A DNA stretch of 64,000 nt from Pseudomonadota bacterium (GTDB taxonomy: Bacteria > Pseudomonadota > Gammaproteobacteria > Steroidobacterales > Steroidobacteraceae), in contig CANFSB010000003.1 in the NCBI GenBank assembly GCA_947449495.1, positions 16,933 to 80,932 of the forward strand. Direction: 5' to 3'. Below, in pieces: positions 41,435 to 52,212 of the stretch. Positions within the stretch are counted from its first letter, which is position 1, and every line of letters begins with the position of its first letter. Made by a program: the position numbers and the translations under genes. A model generated the notes under the pieces. The model did no database searches. It saw nothing but the letters and a program-made list of their open reading frames with translations, and was not told where the DNA came from.

Positions 41435-43855
41435 TCAGAACGCCTGACCGACCGAAAACTGGAACTGTTCCTTCTCGTCCTTAAACCGGACGGTGTCGCC
41501 GTCAGACGCGTTCAGGGGCAGCGCGTAACTGAACCGGAAAATACCCAGCGGCGCGAGCCATTGCACTGCGATGCCGGTGGAGCGGCGCAGGTTAGCATAT
41601 TTGAAATCGTAGGTGACCGGGGTCACCCCGTCCATGCCATAGAACTTTAGGTTCTTATTGGTCGAAAACACGTTGCCAATGTCATAGAACAGACTGACGC
41701 GAGCGCTGGTCTGCCACTTCTCGGGCATGGGCATGATGACTTCGGCACGGCCGGAAACCAACAGGTTGCCGCCATAGGGATTACCGAAGTTGTCCTTGGG
41801 TCCCAGACGGCTCTCGCGAAAGCCGCGCACCGAATCGGGGCCGCCGCCATAGAACTGGCGGAACGGCGGCAACGAGGTGGTGCCGCCATAGCTGTCGCCA
41901 TAGGCGCCGCGCAGCGTGAGCGAACCGGTGAAGCGCCGCCAAATGGGCACGTACTGCACCAGATCATAGTTGGCCACCCAGTACTTGACTGAGCTGCCCG
42001 GCACTGTGGTGGAAGCCGACACCGACTGACGCATGCCGCGATCCGGGAACAGGCCGCGATTGAGTGAGTTGATGAACCAGCCCGCTGTCACCTCTGCAGT
42101 GAGGAACTTGGTGCCATAGAACTCGAAGATACCGCCCTGGGTATCGACCGCACTGCTGGAGAACGCCTTGCCGTTGTTCTGCACCCACTCACGAGCCTGC
42201 AACGCACTGCCCGACGAAGTGGTCAGCAGCTGCGCGCTTTGCAGCGTGCCGCCGAACCGGATGCCCTGGAACTCAGTGATCGGATAGCCAAACTCCATAC
42301 CCGCTGCAATGGTCTTGGACGAGAAGTCTGACGACGCCGACACGAACTGCGTGACGTCGCTGTAACGCAGGCTCAGCGTGCGCGACAGGTTGTCGATGCT
42401 CAGGTACGGGTTGGTGTACGAGAAGCTCGCCATCTTGCTGTAGCGGCCGGTGCTCAGATCCAGTGCAAAGCGCTTGCCTGTACCGAGAAAATTGGCATCT
42501 GCATAGCTGCCGCTGAGCATGAAGGAATAAGACGCCGAGTACCCGATGCTGCCCTGCAACTGCGCGCTGGGGCCTTCCTTGATGGTGTATTTGACGTCTA
42601 CCAAGTCGTCGGAACCGTCGACCTTGGTCTTGTCGAACTCCACCTTTTCAAAATAGCTCAGCTGTTGCAGACGCTGCTTGGAACGCTCCAGCGCAATGTT
42701 GGACAGCCAGGCACCCTCTAGTTGACGCATCTCACGACGCATCACCAGATCGTTGGTGCGAGTGGTGCCGGCAAACTCCACGTGCCGCACGTACACACGC
42801 TTGCCCGGATCCACCAGAAAGGTCATCGACACTTCCTGCTTTTCTTCATCCAGATGCGGCACAGGATCGACCTTGGCGAAGGCAAAGCCCTCCTCGCCCA
42901 AGCGGTTCTGCATCAGCTCCTGCGTAGCGGCGATCATCCGCTGCGAGTAGATCTGACCGGGACGCAGCAGGATCAGTGCGCGCATCTGATCTTCTGGGAC
43001 GATGGTGTTGCCGGCCAGTTTGGCGTCAGCAATCTTGTAGACCGTTCCCTCGTTGATGTTCACCGTGATGAACATGTCGTCTTTTTCGGGCGCGATGGCG
43101 ACCTGGGCCGACTCGATCTGGAAGTTGGCGTAGCCGCGATCCTGATACCAGGATTTAACCTTCTCGAGGTCACCTTGCAGGGATTCGCGCGAATAGCGGT
43201 CGTTCTGCTTGTACCAGGAGTTCCAGCGCGGGGTCTTGAGCTCCAGCGTTTCGAGGATGTCTTTTTCCTTGAACTTGGTGTTACCCACCACGCTTATCTG
43301 CCGAATCTTGGCGCGCTGACCTTCTTTGATGTCGATCTTTACACGTACCCGGTTGTCGGGCTGGTCTTCGACCGTGGCGTTGATACGCACGCCATATTTG
43401 CCGCGACTGTAGTACTGGTCGGTGAGGTATTGCTTGACGTCCTCGAGCACCGAACGGTCGAAGGTCTTGCCGGTGGCCAGACCCACGTTGCGCAGCGACT
43501 TGGAGAGCTCTTCGGTCTTGATGTCCTTGTTGCCCTTGAGCTCGAAGGACTCGATGGACGGACGCTCACGCACGGCGATGACCAAAGTGCTGCCATCACG
43601 GCGCAGCTCTACATCCCGGAAGAAGCCAGTGGCATACAGCGCTTTGAGGGCCTCGCGCACACGCTGCGGCCCCAGGTCATCACCGATGTTGACAGGCAGG
43701 TAGTTGAATACGGTTCCCTCGGACACACGCTGCAGGCCTTCCAGCCGGATGTCGCCGACGGTGAACCGCGAATCGTCGCCCTGCGTGACCTGCGAACGGG
43801 CGCAGGGCAGGTACGTACACAACACCAGCGATGCGAGGATCGCTCCGGACTTCAT
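41435..43855 (-). CDS. bamA: outer membrane protein assembly factor BamA
   Basis: 806 aa. POTRA repeats (IRLEGLQRVSEGTV...), C-terminal barrel ending ...FQFSVGQAF. Confidence 0.96.
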   Translation of the reverse strand: MKSGAILASLVLCTYLPCARSQVTQGDDSRFTVGDIRLEGLQRVSEGTVFNYLPVNIGDDLGPQRVREALKALYATGFFRDVELRRDGSTLVIAVRERPSIESFELKGNKDIKTEELSKSLRNVGLATGKTFDRSVLEDVKQYLTDQYYSRGKYGVRINATVEDQPDNRVRVKIDIKEGQRAKIRQISVVGNTKFKEKDILETLELKTPRWNSWYKQNDRYSRESLQGDLEKVKSWYQDRGYANFQIESAQVAIAPEKDDMFITVNINEGTVYKIADAKLAGNTIVPEDQMRALILLRPGQIYSQRMIAATQELMQNRLGEEGFAFAKVDPVPHLDEEKQEVSMTFLVDPGKRVYVRHVEFAGTTRTNDLVMRREMRQLEGAWLSNIALERSKQRLQQLSYFEKVEFDKTKVDGSDDLVDVKYTIKEGPSAQLQGSIGYSASYSFMLSGSYADANFLGTGKRFALDLSTGRYSKMASFSYTNPYLSIDNLSRTLSLRYSDVTQFVSASSDFSSKTIAAGMEFGYPITEFQGIRFGGTLQSAQLLTTSSGSALQAREWVQNNGKAFSSSAVDTQGGIFEFYGTKFLTAEVTAGWFINSLNRGLFPDRGMRQSVSASTTVPGSSVKYWVANYDLVQYVPIWRRFTGSLTLRGAYGDSYGGTTSLPPFRQFYGGGPDSVRGFRESRLGPKDNFGNPYGGNLLVSGRAEVIMPMPEKWQTSARVSLFYDIGNVFSTNKNLKFYGMDGVTPVTYDFKYANLRRSTGIAVQWLAPLGIFRFSYALPLNASDGDTVRFKDEKEQFQFSVGQAF

Positions 43856-43883
43856 TGCATAACCGCCGTGGAGTAAGGGGGCT

Positions 43884-45260
43884 TCAGCCGAACTGTCGCG
43901 CGATGTCGTTGAACAACGCGACGCCCATTAATAAAACCAGCAATGCTATGCCAAATTGCTGTCCAATTGCTTGTGCCCTTTCGGGCAGTGGCGACCCCCG
44001 CAGCCACTCGATGGCCTGATAGACCACCTGGCCGCCATCGAGCATGGGCACAGGCAGCAGATTGAGGAAGCCCAGACTCAAGCTGATGAGCACCAGGAAG
44101 CCCAAAAAGGCCCCCGCTCCGGCCGCTGCCGAATCGCCCGCATATTCGGCGATTGTGAGCGGCCCACTGAGATTCTTAAGCGACACCTGACCACGCAACA
44201 TGCGCCAGAACATGCGCGCCTGCAGCGCCGTCATATTCCAAGCTTCGGCAACGCCGGCGCCTAGCGCCTGCAGCGGCCCCAGCGACTGATGGTGCAGCAT
44301 GCTGTCCGGATAGCGCGTCCCGGCCGCCGGGGTGACGTGAATGCGGCCCACCGTGCGCTCGCCGACCTTCTCGGCCGGAATATCGATGCGCGCAGTGGCC
44401 TCGGTGCCGGCACGCAGATAGCCGATGACCGCACTGCGGCCGCCCATCGGCTCGATCTTTTGGCGCAGCTGCAGAAAGTCTGTAATGGGCTCGCCATCCA
44501 CGCTGAGCACCCTGTCGCCGGCCTGCAGTCCCGCCGCTGCAGCAGGTCCACCGGCCACTACCGTGCCCAACACCGGAGCAATGGGCGGTTGCCAGAACGA
44601 GAACCCCAGACCGCTCATGAGCCGATCGGGCTCTGTGAGCTCGCGCCGCGCCTGCGCATCGGCTACCTGCATGACCACTTCGCGCTGCCGGCCACTGTCA
44701 TCGGTCACGGTCAGCGTGGCGCGGCCAACGCCGGTGAGCCGGTCGAGCAGCCCCAACATCACTGCCGCTTGCGCCTGCACTGGCTGGCCATCGAACCGTG
44801 TCACCGTATCGCCATTGCGCAGGCCTGCCAGATAAGCCGGCGAATCGATGCGTACCAAACCGATGACCGGGCGAAGTTCGGTAATGCCGCTGACCAGGTA
44901 CATGCCTGCCAGCAGCAAAATGGCAAAAATGAAATTGAAGGCCGGGCCTGCCAGCAACACCAGAATGCGCTGCCAATGCGGCCGGCGCGTAAAAGCCCGA
45001 TGTACCTCGTGCGAGGCGACCTCACCCTCGCGCTCATCGAGCAACTTGACGTAGCCGCCCAGCGGTATGGCCGAGAGCATGTATTCGGTGCGATCGGGAC
45101 CCGCCACCCGGGTAATCAGCGGCGGGCCGAAACCGATGGAGAAACGCAGCACTTTGAAGCCGAGCCGGCGCGCCACCCAGTAGTGACCGAACTCGTGCAC
45201 CGCCACCAGCAAGGCGATAGCCACCAGGAATGCCAGCAAGTGCTGCCAGGAGAGCATCAT
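43884..45260 (-). CDS. rseP: sigma-E protease RseP (site-2 zinc metalloprotease)
   Basis: In ORF 43884..45302, from ATG 45260 (ATGATGA over the dxr stop). [10 protein letters not shown] zinc motif, PDZ region, ...[11 protein letters not shown]. Confidence 0.94.
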   Translation of the reverse strand: MMLSWQHLLAFLVAIALLVAVHEFGHYWVARRLGFKVLRFSIGFGPPLITRVAGPDRTEYMLSAIPLGGYVKLLDEREGEVASHEVHRAFTRRPHWQRILVLLAGPAFNFIFAILLLAGMYLVSGITELRPVIGLVRIDSPAYLAGLRNGDTVTRFDGQPVQAQAAVMLGLLDRLTGVGRATLTVTDDSGRQREVVMQVADAQARRELTEPDRLMSGLGFSFWQPPIAPVLGTVVAGGPAAAAGLQAGDRVLSVDGEPITDFLQLRQKIEPMGGRSAVIGYLRAGTEATARIDIPAEKVGERTVGRIHVTPAAGTRYPDSMLHHQSLGPLQALGAGVAEAWNMTALQARMFWRMLRGQVSLKNLSGPLTIAEYAGDSAAAGAGAFLGFLVLISLSLGFLNLLPVPMLDGGQVVYQAIEWLRGSPLPERAQAIGQQFGIALLVLLMGVALFNDIARQFG

Positions 45261-46456
45261 CGTGAACCTCCTGCAGTGGTAGACGAACAGCGCGCGACAC
45301 ACTCGCGTGCCGCAACACGGGCCGCCTCATCAGCGGACAACACAGCACGGAGCGTGTCGGCGGAAACCGCCGCAACATTTGCCAGTACCGATTCAATGAC
45401 CACTGCAATGTCCAGAAAGTTCAGTCGCCTGTCGAGAAAAGCCTCTACTGCAACCTCGTTGGCCGCATTGAGCAGAGCTGTGGAAGTGCCCCCGGCCGCT
45501 ATCGCCTCTCCTGCCAACCGCAGGCAAGGGAAACGCTGCAGGTCGGGGCTGCGAAAATCGAGCCGACCTAGCTTAATAAAATCGAGCCAGTGTACACCGG
45601 CCTCAAAGCGCTGCGGCCAGGCCAGCGCATGGGCGATGGGAGTGCGCATATCTGGCGAACCCAGTTGCGCCAGCACCGAGCCATCGAGGTATTCGACCAT
45701 GGAGTGAATGACGCTCTGCGGGTGTATCACCACCTCCACCTGGGAGGGCGGCAGGCCGAACAGCAGGCAGGCCTCGGCCAGCTCCAGACCCTTGTTCATC
45801 AGGGTGGCCGAATCGACGGAAATCTTGCGGCCCATAACCCAATTGGGATGGGCGCAGGCCTGCTCGGGAGTAACGGTAGACAGATCCCCCGCAAAATCAC
45901 GAAACGGACCACCCGAGGCGGTCAGTAGCAGGCGGCGCACGCCGGCCGGTGCGCGCCCGACTTCACTGCCCTGCGGCAGACACTGGAAGATGGCGTTGTG
46001 CTCGCTGTCGATGGGAATCAGCGTGGCGCCGCCACTGCGCACCGCATCCAGCAGCAAGTGCCCGGACATCACCAAGGCTTCTTTGTTGGCCAACAGCAGC
46101 CGCTTCCCGGCACGCGCTGCCGCCAAGGTCGAGGCCAGCCCTGCGGCACCAACAATCGCCGCCATCACGTACTGCACCTCAAAGAGCGTAGCCAGCGCTT
46201 CGATGGCAGCAGGGCCGCCGCTGACCTGCGTGTGCAGCCCGGCGGCACGCAGCCGCTCGGCCAGCTGAGCGGCAGCGTCAGCATCGCCTAAAGCTGCGTA
46301 ATCGGGCTGCCAGCGCAGGCACTGCGCCTCGAGTTTGTCGACATTGCGACCGGCTGCCAGCGCCGTGACCCGAAACTGCTCGGGGTGGCGCGAAAGCACG
46401 TCCAGCGTGCTCTCGCCAATGCTGCCCGTAGATCCGAGCACCGCAACGCCGATCAT
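45257..46456 (-). CDS. dxr: 1-deoxy-D-xylulose 5-phosphate reductoisomerase
   Basis: 399 aa. [17 protein letters not shown]...[12 protein letters not shown]... Confidence 0.96.
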   Translation of the reverse strand: MIGVAVLGSTGSIGESTLDVLSRHPEQFRVTALAAGRNVDKLEAQCLRWQPDYAALGDADAAAQLAERLRAAGLHTQVSGGPAAIEALATLFEVQYVMAAIVGAAGLASTLAAARAGKRLLLANKEALVMSGHLLLDAVRSGGATLIPIDSEHNAIFQCLPQGSEVGRAPAGVRRLLLTASGGPFRDFAGDLSTVTPEQACAHPNWVMGRKISVDSATLMNKGLELAEACLLFGLPPSQVEVVIHPQSVIHSMVEYLDGSVLAQLGSPDMRTPIAHALAWPQRFEAGVHWLDFIKLGRLDFRSPDLQRFPCLRLAGEAIAAGGTSTALLNAANEVAVEAFLDRRLNFLDIAVVIESVLANVAAVSADTLRAVLSADEAARVAARECVARCSSTTAGGSR

Positions 46457-47253
46457 GCAGCCCCCTGCAGCAAGAGACCCAGCAACAACAGCGGCGCCAC
46501 CGCAAACAGACTGTCTAGGCGGTCGAGGATTCCGCCATGGCCGGGCAGTAGCTGACCACTGTCTTTAAGGCCGGCATGGCGCTTGAACAGGCTCTCAGCC
46601 AGATCACCGACTATCGAAAACACCGCCACGGGCACACACAGTGCCAGCAGCGTTGAAGGCTGCTGGCCCAGTACCGGCGCGGCAAACCAAGCCAACACCG
46701 CCACCAGCAGTAAACCACCGGCCGCACCCTCCCAGGTCTTACCTGGCGAGACTTGCGGGGCCAGCTTGTGGAGGCCTACCGCCCGGCCGGCAAAATAGGC
46801 GCCACTGTCGGCCACCCACACGATAAACAGCGCCAGCAGCAGCCAATGCAGCCCCTGCGGCAAGGACAAGCGCAGGTGCAGCAGTGCCACGCCTGCCGGC
46901 ACCAGCACCAGCCAGCCGACCAACGCGCCCATCAAAGGCCCTGCCCGGCGCTGCGGTGCCAGCACCACCCACGCCAGCGCCAGCACCCACCACAGCGCGG
47001 CCACCACCAACAGCACGCGCAGGGCGGCAGGCGCTTGGGTGACACGCCAGAAGTCCACCAGCAAGCCCAGCGTGAGCAATACGTACACCGCACGCAGCAG
47101 CCGGGCCGGCGGCAGGACGAAGGCTGACCACTCCCAGGCACCCAAGCCCACCGCTGCCCCCAGCAACAGCACCGTGGCCCACGGTGGCCCCAGCAGCAGC
47201 ACCGCAAGCAGCGCCACGGCGGCAATGACCCCAGTGAGCAAGCGCTGCAGCAT
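46453..47253 (-). CDS. cdsA: phosphatidate cytidylyltransferase
   Basis: 266 aa, polytopic. ...SPGKTWEG...[25 protein letters not shown] signature. Confidence 0.93.
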   Translation of the reverse strand: MLQRLLTGVIAAVALLAVLLLGPPWATVLLLGAAVGLGAWEWSAFVLPPARLLRAVYVLLTLGLLVDFWRVTQAPAALRVLLVVAALWWVLALAWVVLAPQRRAGPLMGALVGWLVLVPAGVALLHLRLSLPQGLHWLLLALFIVWVADSGAYFAGRAVGLHKLAPQVSPGKTWEGAAGGLLLVAVLAWFAAPVLGQQPSTLLALCVPVAVFSIVGDLAESLFKRHAGLKDSGQLLPGHGGILDRLDSLFAVAPLLLLGLLLQGAA

Positions 47254-47975
47254 CAGCTACCCGCCCCTGCCTGTTCGCCAGTGAGCCCAAAGCGACGGTT
47301 ACGACTGGCAAACCAGTCCAGCGCAACCTGAAAACTTGCCGCATCAAAATCGGGCCAGAGCTGGTCTGTGAAATACAGTTCGGTGTAAGCCAGATTCCAC
47401 AGCAGGAAATTGCTGATGCGCTGCTCACCGCCGGTGCGGATGAACAGATCTGGATCGGGCAAGTCTGCAACCGACAACGTGGACGACAGCAGCGACTCGT
47501 CGATGTCTTGCGGCAACAGCGTGCCCGCTGCGCAGCGCTGCGCCAGCAGACGCGTTGCCTCAACCAGATCCCACCGCCCGCCATAGCTGACCGCAATCTG
47601 CAGTGCCAGACGGCTATTGCCAGCGGTACGCGACTCGGCTGAGCTAATGCGCTGCTGCAGCACCTGAGACAGATTGTGACGCTCGCCGATGAATCGCAGC
47701 CGCACACCGTTGCTCTGCAACTCGTCGATCTCGCGATCCAATGCATCGAGAAACAGGCCCATCAGGCTGCCAACCTCTTCAGGGGGGCGCGCCCAGTTTT
47801 CGCTGCTGAAGGCAAACAGAGTCAGGGCGGCTATGTTCTGCCGAACACACTGTTCGATGCACACCCGTACCGGCGTAACGCCCGCACGATGCCCGGCCAC
47901 GCGTGGCAGCAAGCGCTTTCGCGCCCAGCGGCCATTGCCATCCATGATGATCGCGACATGCCGCGGCAGCGCCAT
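47253..47975 (-). CDS. uppS: di-trans,poly-cis-undecaprenyl-diphosphate synthase
   Basis: 240 aa. HVAIIMDGNGRWA...FAFSSENWARP... Confidence 0.96.
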   Translation of the reverse strand: MALPRHVAIIMDGNGRWARKRLLPRVAGHRAGVTPVRVCIEQCVRQNIAALTLFAFSSENWARPPEEVGSLMGLFLDALDREIDELQSNGVRLRFIGERHNLSQVLQQRISSAESRTAGNSRLALQIAVSYGGRWDLVEATRLLAQRCAAGTLLPQDIDESLLSSTLSVADLPDPDLFIRTGGEQRISNFLLWNLAYTELYFTDQLWPDFDAASFQVALDWFASRNRRFGLTGEQAGAGS

Positions 47976-47980
47976 ACGCG

Positions 47981-48538
47981 TCAGACCTGCAGGATCTCTT
48001 TTTCCTTGCCAGCCACGTGCTGATCAACCTCACCCGTGAAGCGGTCGGTGAGTTTCTGGATGTCGTCCTGCGCACGGCGCTCATCGTCCTGCGAAATCAA
48101 CTTGGCCTTGAGGGCCTCTTTGACATCGGCCAGCACATCGCGGCGCACGTTGCGCACCGCAACCTTGGCGTTCTCGGCGTCCTGGCGCACCACCTTGAGG
48201 ATGTCGCGACGACGCTCCTCGGTCAGCGGCGGCAGTGGCACGCGGATGACTGCGCCTGCAGTCATGGGTGTGAGGTGCAAGTCGGACTTGTGGATGGCCT
48301 TTTCGACAGCGCCAACCACGTTCTTGTCCCACGGCGTGATCACAATAGTGCGCGCATCTTCGATGGCGATATTGGCCACCTGCGAAAGCGGCGTCTCGCT
48401 GCCGTAAAAGTCTACCTTGAGGCCTTCCACCAAGCTGGGATGGGCGCGGCCGGTGCGCAGCTTTTTAAGGTCTGCCTGAAAGGACTGGATGCACTTTTGC
48501 ATGCGAGCCAGTGCGTCTTTCTTGATGTCATCGAGCAT
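47981..48538 (-). CDS. frr: ribosome recycling factor
   Basis: 185 aa. ...LKKLRTGRAHPSLVEGLKVDFYG... Confidence 0.97.
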   Translation of the reverse strand: MLDDIKKDALARMQKCIQSFQADLKKLRTGRAHPSLVEGLKVDFYGSETPLSQVANIAIEDARTIVITPWDKNVVGAVEKAIHKSDLHLTPMTAGAVIRVPLPPLTEERRRDILKVVRQDAENAKVAVRNVRRDVLADVKEALKAKLISQDDERRAQDDIQKLTDRFTGEVDQHVAGKEKEILQV

Positions 48539-48558
48539 GTTCGGGGCTCCGGAACGTG

Positions 48559-49278
48559 TCAGTCGAAGGTAACCAGCGTACCGATATCCTCGCCACGCAC
48601 CATGCGTGGCAAATCACCGGTGTTGCCGAGATTAAACACCCGCAGTGGCAGGCGATTGTCACGGCACATCACGATCGCCGTAGCATCCATGACAGACAGG
48701 CGATCGTCCAGCACGCGGTCAAAGCTTAAGCGCTCATAGCGAGTGGCCGACGGATTGCGCACCGGGTCATCGGAATAGACACCATTGACCTTGGTGGCCT
48801 TGATCAGCAGTTCCGCACCGATCTCTATGGCACGCAGACTGGCTGCGGTATCGGTGGTGAAGAACGGATTGCCGGTGCCTGCCGCAAAAATAACCACGCG
48901 ACCCTTTTCAAGATGGCGCACAGCGCGACGGCGAATGAAGTCCTCGGCCACTTCGTTGATACGGATGGCAGACATCACGCGCGCATGGGTGCCAATGGAC
49001 TCCAGCGCGTCTTGCATAGCCAAGGCGTTCATCACGGTGGCCAGCATGCCCATCTGATCGGCCGTCACGCGATCCATACCGGCACGTGCCAGGCCTGCAC
49101 CGCGGAAGATGTTGCCACCGCCGATGACCACGGCCACTTGCACGCCCATTGCGCACACTTCCTGCAACTCAGTCGCGACGCGCTTGAGCATCAAAGGATC
49201 GATGCCGTACTCGGCCTCGCCGAGCAGCGCCTCACCCGACAACTTCACAAGGATGCGCTTGTATCCGGATTCACCCAT
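48559..49278 (-). CDS. pyrH: UMP kinase
   Basis: 239 aa. [13 protein letters not shown]...[11 protein letters not shown]... Confidence 0.97.
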   Translation of the reverse strand: MGESGYKRILVKLSGEALLGEAEYGIDPLMLKRVATELQEVCAMGVQVAVVIGGGNIFRGAGLARAGMDRVTADQMGMLATVMNALAMQDALESIGTHARVMSAIRINEVAEDFIRRRAVRHLEKGRVVIFAAGTGNPFFTTDTAASLRAIEIGAELLIKATKVNGVYSDDPVRNPSATRYERLSFDRVLDDRLSVMDATAIVMCRDNRLPLRVFNLGNTGDLPRMVRGEDIGTLVTFD

Positions 49279-49292
49279 GTTTGTCTGCTCCT

Positions 49293-49321
49293 AAAAAAAA
49301 CCCCGCAAAGTGCGGGGTTTT
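49293..49321 (-). terminator. rho-independent terminator after tsf
   Basis: Minus strand reads AAAACCCCGCACTTTGCGGGGTTTTTTTT: a 7-bp GC stem, a 3-nt loop and an 8-U tract. It starts 17 nt after the tsf stop and ends only 15 nt before the pyrH ATG. Confidence 0.85.
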
Positions 49322-49337
49322 GTTGGCATAACCGGCC

Positions 49338-50234
49338 TTAATGGCCGCTGCCTTTTGCCTGTGCCATAACTTCTGCAACGAAGTCTTCCTGCTTTTTCTC
49401 GATGCCGGCACCGACCTCAAGACGCTCGAAGCGCGTGACCTTGGCCGAAGCCGCAGCCAACAGCTTTTCAATCGACAGCTTGTCGTCCTTGACGAAAGGC
49501 TGACCCATCAACGTGATCTCGTTGAACCACTTGTTGAGTCCACCCTCGACGATCTTGACCAGAACAGCCTCAGGCTTGCCCTTGTTCTTTTCGTCGTTCA
49601 GCGAGATCTCGATGCGGATGGCGCGCTCTTTAGCCACGTCTTCTGCCGGGACCTGTGCGGCCGACAGATAACGCGGGCTGCTAGCTGCCACATGCATGGC
49701 CAGATCGCGGGCCAAGGCAGCATCGCCACCTTCGATCGCAACCAACGTGCCGATACGGGTGCCGTGCAGATAGCTGCCCAGCGAACCGGCCGACTCAACG
49801 CGCACGAAGCGGCGCACGCTGATGTTCTCGCCAATCTTGGCGATCAACACACGACGCAGCTCGTCGATGGCCTGACCGGCAGGACCGGCCAACGCCAACA
49901 GCGCTTCGACATCGGCGGGGTTGCCGGCCAAAGCGGCAGCAGCCACCGCAGCGGCAAACCCGGTGAAGTCGTCACCGCGAGCGACGAAGTCGGTCTCGCA
50001 ATTGACTTCGACCATGACGGCCGTCTTGCCATCGGCCGACACCGCCGTGGCAATGACGCCTTCGGCGGCCACACGCGAGGCCTTCTTATCTGCCTTGGCC
50101 AGACCCTGCTTGCGCATCAGTTCAGCGGCAGCGTCCAGATCGCCGTTGGTTTCAACCAACGCACGCTTGCACTCCATCATGCCGGCGCCAGTGCGCTCGC
50201 GCAGCTGGCGGACGGATTCGGCAGTAACGCTCAT
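49338..50234 (-). CDS. tsf: translation elongation factor Ts
   Basis: ORF 49338..50240. ATG 50234 is preceded by a GGAGG SD inside the rpsB 3' end. ...VRQLRERTGAGMMECKRAL... Confidence 0.96.
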   Translation of the reverse strand: MSVTAESVRQLRERTGAGMMECKRALVETNGDLDAAAELMRKQGLAKADKKASRVAAEGVIATAVSADGKTAVMVEVNCETDFVARGDDFTGFAAAVAAAALAGNPADVEALLALAGPAGQAIDELRRVLIAKIGENISVRRFVRVESAGSLGSYLHGTRIGTLVAIEGGDAALARDLAMHVAASSPRYLSAAQVPAEDVAKERAIRIEISLNDEKNKGKPEAVLVKIVEGGLNKWFNEITLMGQPFVKDDKLSIEKLLAAASAKVTRFERLEVGAGIEKKQEDFVAEVMAQAKGSGH

Positions 50235-50236
50235 GA

Positions 50237-51217
50237 TCAACGACCTCCGCGACGCGGTGCGCCGGTGGGCGCAACAGGACGACGACGCAGCGCACCGGCA
50301 TCCTTGGCAGCCGGCGCCTTGACGTCGGCGCCCGGCTCATCGAGCTCTGCATCTGTGACCAGCGCCGGTGCACCCGGCTCCGGGGTCTCGCTGACGTCGG
50401 ACACGACGCCCTTGTGACGCACAGTGGCCTGCGGGCGGGCACGGCCACGGCCACCACCACCGCCAGGAGCGCGGCGACGCGGATTGCCCGCCTCGTCGAG
50501 TTCAACAAAATCGTCTTCCGAGGCGGCGGCCTGCGGCACCGAGGACTTGCCCTCAAGAATCGAATCGGCCACGCCCGATGCGTACAGGTGGATGGCGCGC
50601 ATCGCGTCATCGTTGCCCGGAATCACGTAATCGACGCCATCAGGCGAGCAGTTGGTGTCGACCACAGCCACGACCGGGATACCCAGACGGGCAGCCTCTT
50701 GCAACGCGATCTTTTCGTGGCCCACGTCGATGACAAACAGCACGTCGGGCAGTGAACCCATGTGCTTAATGCCGCCGAGGCTCTTCTCGAGCTTGCCCAT
50801 CTCACGGCGCATCTGCAGCGCTTCTTTCTTGGAACGCTTGTCCAGAGCACCGGTGCTGTCCAGATCCGAGAGCTCCATCAGCCGCTTGATTGACTGGCGG
50901 ATGGTCTTGAAGTTGGTGAGCATGCCGCCCGGCCAACGCTGGTTCACGAAGGGCATGCCGCAACGCACGGCTTCCTTCTGCACGGCCTCACGGGCCGAGC
51001 GCTTTGTGCCCACGAAAAGCACAGTGCCGCCATCGGCAGCGACATGACGCGCGAAGGCAGCTGCCTCAACGAACATCGGCTGTGACTTTTCGAGGTTGAT
51101 GATGTGTATCTTGTTGCGCTCGCCGAAGATGTACTGGGCCATCTTGGGGTTCCAGAAGCGTGTTTGGTGTCCGAAGTGGACGCCTGCTTCCAACATCTGG
51201 CGCATGGAAATTGCCAT
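50237..51217 (-). CDS. rpsB: 30S ribosomal protein S2, with an Arg/Gly/Pro-rich C-terminal extension of about 84 aa
   Basis: 326 aa. Residues 1-242 are collinear with E. coli S2 ([19 protein letters not shown]...). The tail [20 protein letters not shown]...[16 protein letters not shown] has no E. coli counterpart. Confidence 0.95.
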   Translation of the reverse strand: MAISMRQMLEAGVHFGHQTRFWNPKMAQYIFGERNKIHIINLEKSQPMFVEAAAFARHVAADGGTVLFVGTKRSAREAVQKEAVRCGMPFVNQRWPGGMLTNFKTIRQSIKRLMELSDLDSTGALDKRSKKEALQMRREMGKLEKSLGGIKHMGSLPDVLFVIDVGHEKIALQEAARLGIPVVAVVDTNCSPDGVDYVIPGNDDAMRAIHLYASGVADSILEGKSSVPQAAASEDDFVELDEAGNPRRRAPGGGGGRGRARPQATVRHKGVVSDVSETPEPGAPALVTDAELDEPGADVKAPAAKDAGALRRRPVAPTGAPRRGGR

Positions 51218-51358
51218 GATCGTGTCTCCTGCTGTTCGGGTTGGGGCCTGACGCGCATCCCTGACGGCAATTTCTGCAGGGGGTTGTTAAACCCTGTCGA
51301 AACACCCGGCCACCAGTGACGATGCGCGCTTGGATTGGTTTGCCAAAAAAGGCGGCGC

Positions 51359-51387
51359 TTTATACCATGAACAGCCCGCGCAAACAA
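51359..51387 (-). promoter_or_regulatory. candidate rpsB promoter (extended -10)
   Basis: Minus strand reads TTGTTT-N17-TATAAA, with TGG immediately upstream of the -10 (catGGTATAAA). This resembles the E. coli rpsB promoter TGTGGTATAAA. It leaves a 5' leader of about 135 nt (51218-~51352) that may correspond to the S2-autoregulated leader. Confidence 0.5.
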
Positions 51388-51425
51388 TGTCTTAGACGCC
51401 GCGCGACCACCCCCATCAGGATCCC

Positions 51426-52193
51426 ATGCAAATAACCATCAAGTCGGTCCAAGAGCAGCAGCAGATGCGCGTTGCCGGCCGGCTAGCCGCCGATGTGCTC
51501 GACATGATCACAGCGCACGTCGTGCCAGGGGTCACCACCGAGGAACTCGACCGCCTCTGCCACGACTTCATCGTCCACACCCAACAGGCCATCCCGGCCA
51601 ATCTGGGCTATCGCGGTTTTCCCAAAACGGTCTGCTCGTCCGTCAATCACGTGGTCTGCCACGGCATCCCCAACGACAAACGCCTCAAATCCGGCGACAT
51701 CATCAACATCGACGTGACAGTGATTCACGACGGCTTTCACGGCGATACCAGCCGCATGTATTTCGTCGGCAAGCCGCCAGTCCAGGCAGAGCGGCTGGTC
51801 AACACCTGTTTTGAGGCCATGTGGGCCGGTATCCGCACGGTGCGGCCCGGCATCCGACTCGGCGACATTGGCAATGCCATCCAAACATTGGTTGAGTCGA
51901 ACAACTTTTCGGTGGTGCGCGAATACTGCGGCCACGGCATCGGCAGGGTTTATCATGAGGACCCGCAAGTACTGCACTACGGCGAGCCCGGCACGGGCAT
52001 CACCTTGCAGGCTGGTATGACCTTCACCATCGAGCCGATGATCAACGCTGGCCGCCGCCATGTGCGGCTGCTGCCGGACGGCTGGACGGTGGTCACCAAG
52101 GACCATTCGCTCTCCGCACAATGGGAGCACACGGTGCTGGTGACCGCTGACGGTTTTGAGGTCATGACCTTGGGGAGACTCGAACGCAACTGA
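51426..52193 (+). CDS. map: type I methionine aminopeptidase
   Basis: 255 aa. ...VCHGIPNDKRLKSGDIINIDVT...EYCGHGIG...TIEPM...QWEHTVLVT... Confidence 0.96.
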   Translation: MQITIKSVQEQQQMRVAGRLAADVLDMITAHVVPGVTTEELDRLCHDFIVHTQQAIPANLGYRGFPKTVCSSVNHVVCHGIPNDKRLKSGDIINIDVTVIHDGFHGDTSRMYFVGKPPVQAERLVNTCFEAMWAGIRTVRPGIRLGDIGNAIQTLVESNNFSVVREYCGHGIGRVYHEDPQVLHYGEPGTGITLQAGMTFTIEPMINAGRRHVRLLPDGWTVVTKDHSLSAQWEHTVLVTADGFEVMTLGRLERN

Positions 52194-52212
52194 CGCAGGA
52201 CCGGGTGTACAC

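Noticed and set aside
44289-45707. 472-aa plus-strand ORF antisense to rseP and dxr
   Set aside because: Same reasoning: the opposite strand carries HEFGH-motif RseP and Dxr, and the ORF product is low-complexity.
46739-47746. 335-aa minus-strand ORF overlapping cdsA and uppS in another frame
   Set aside because: It is an alternative frame of two conserved genes, with an extreme Ala/Gly/Arg/Cys composition. It is not compatible with the tightly coupled uppS/cdsA reading frames.
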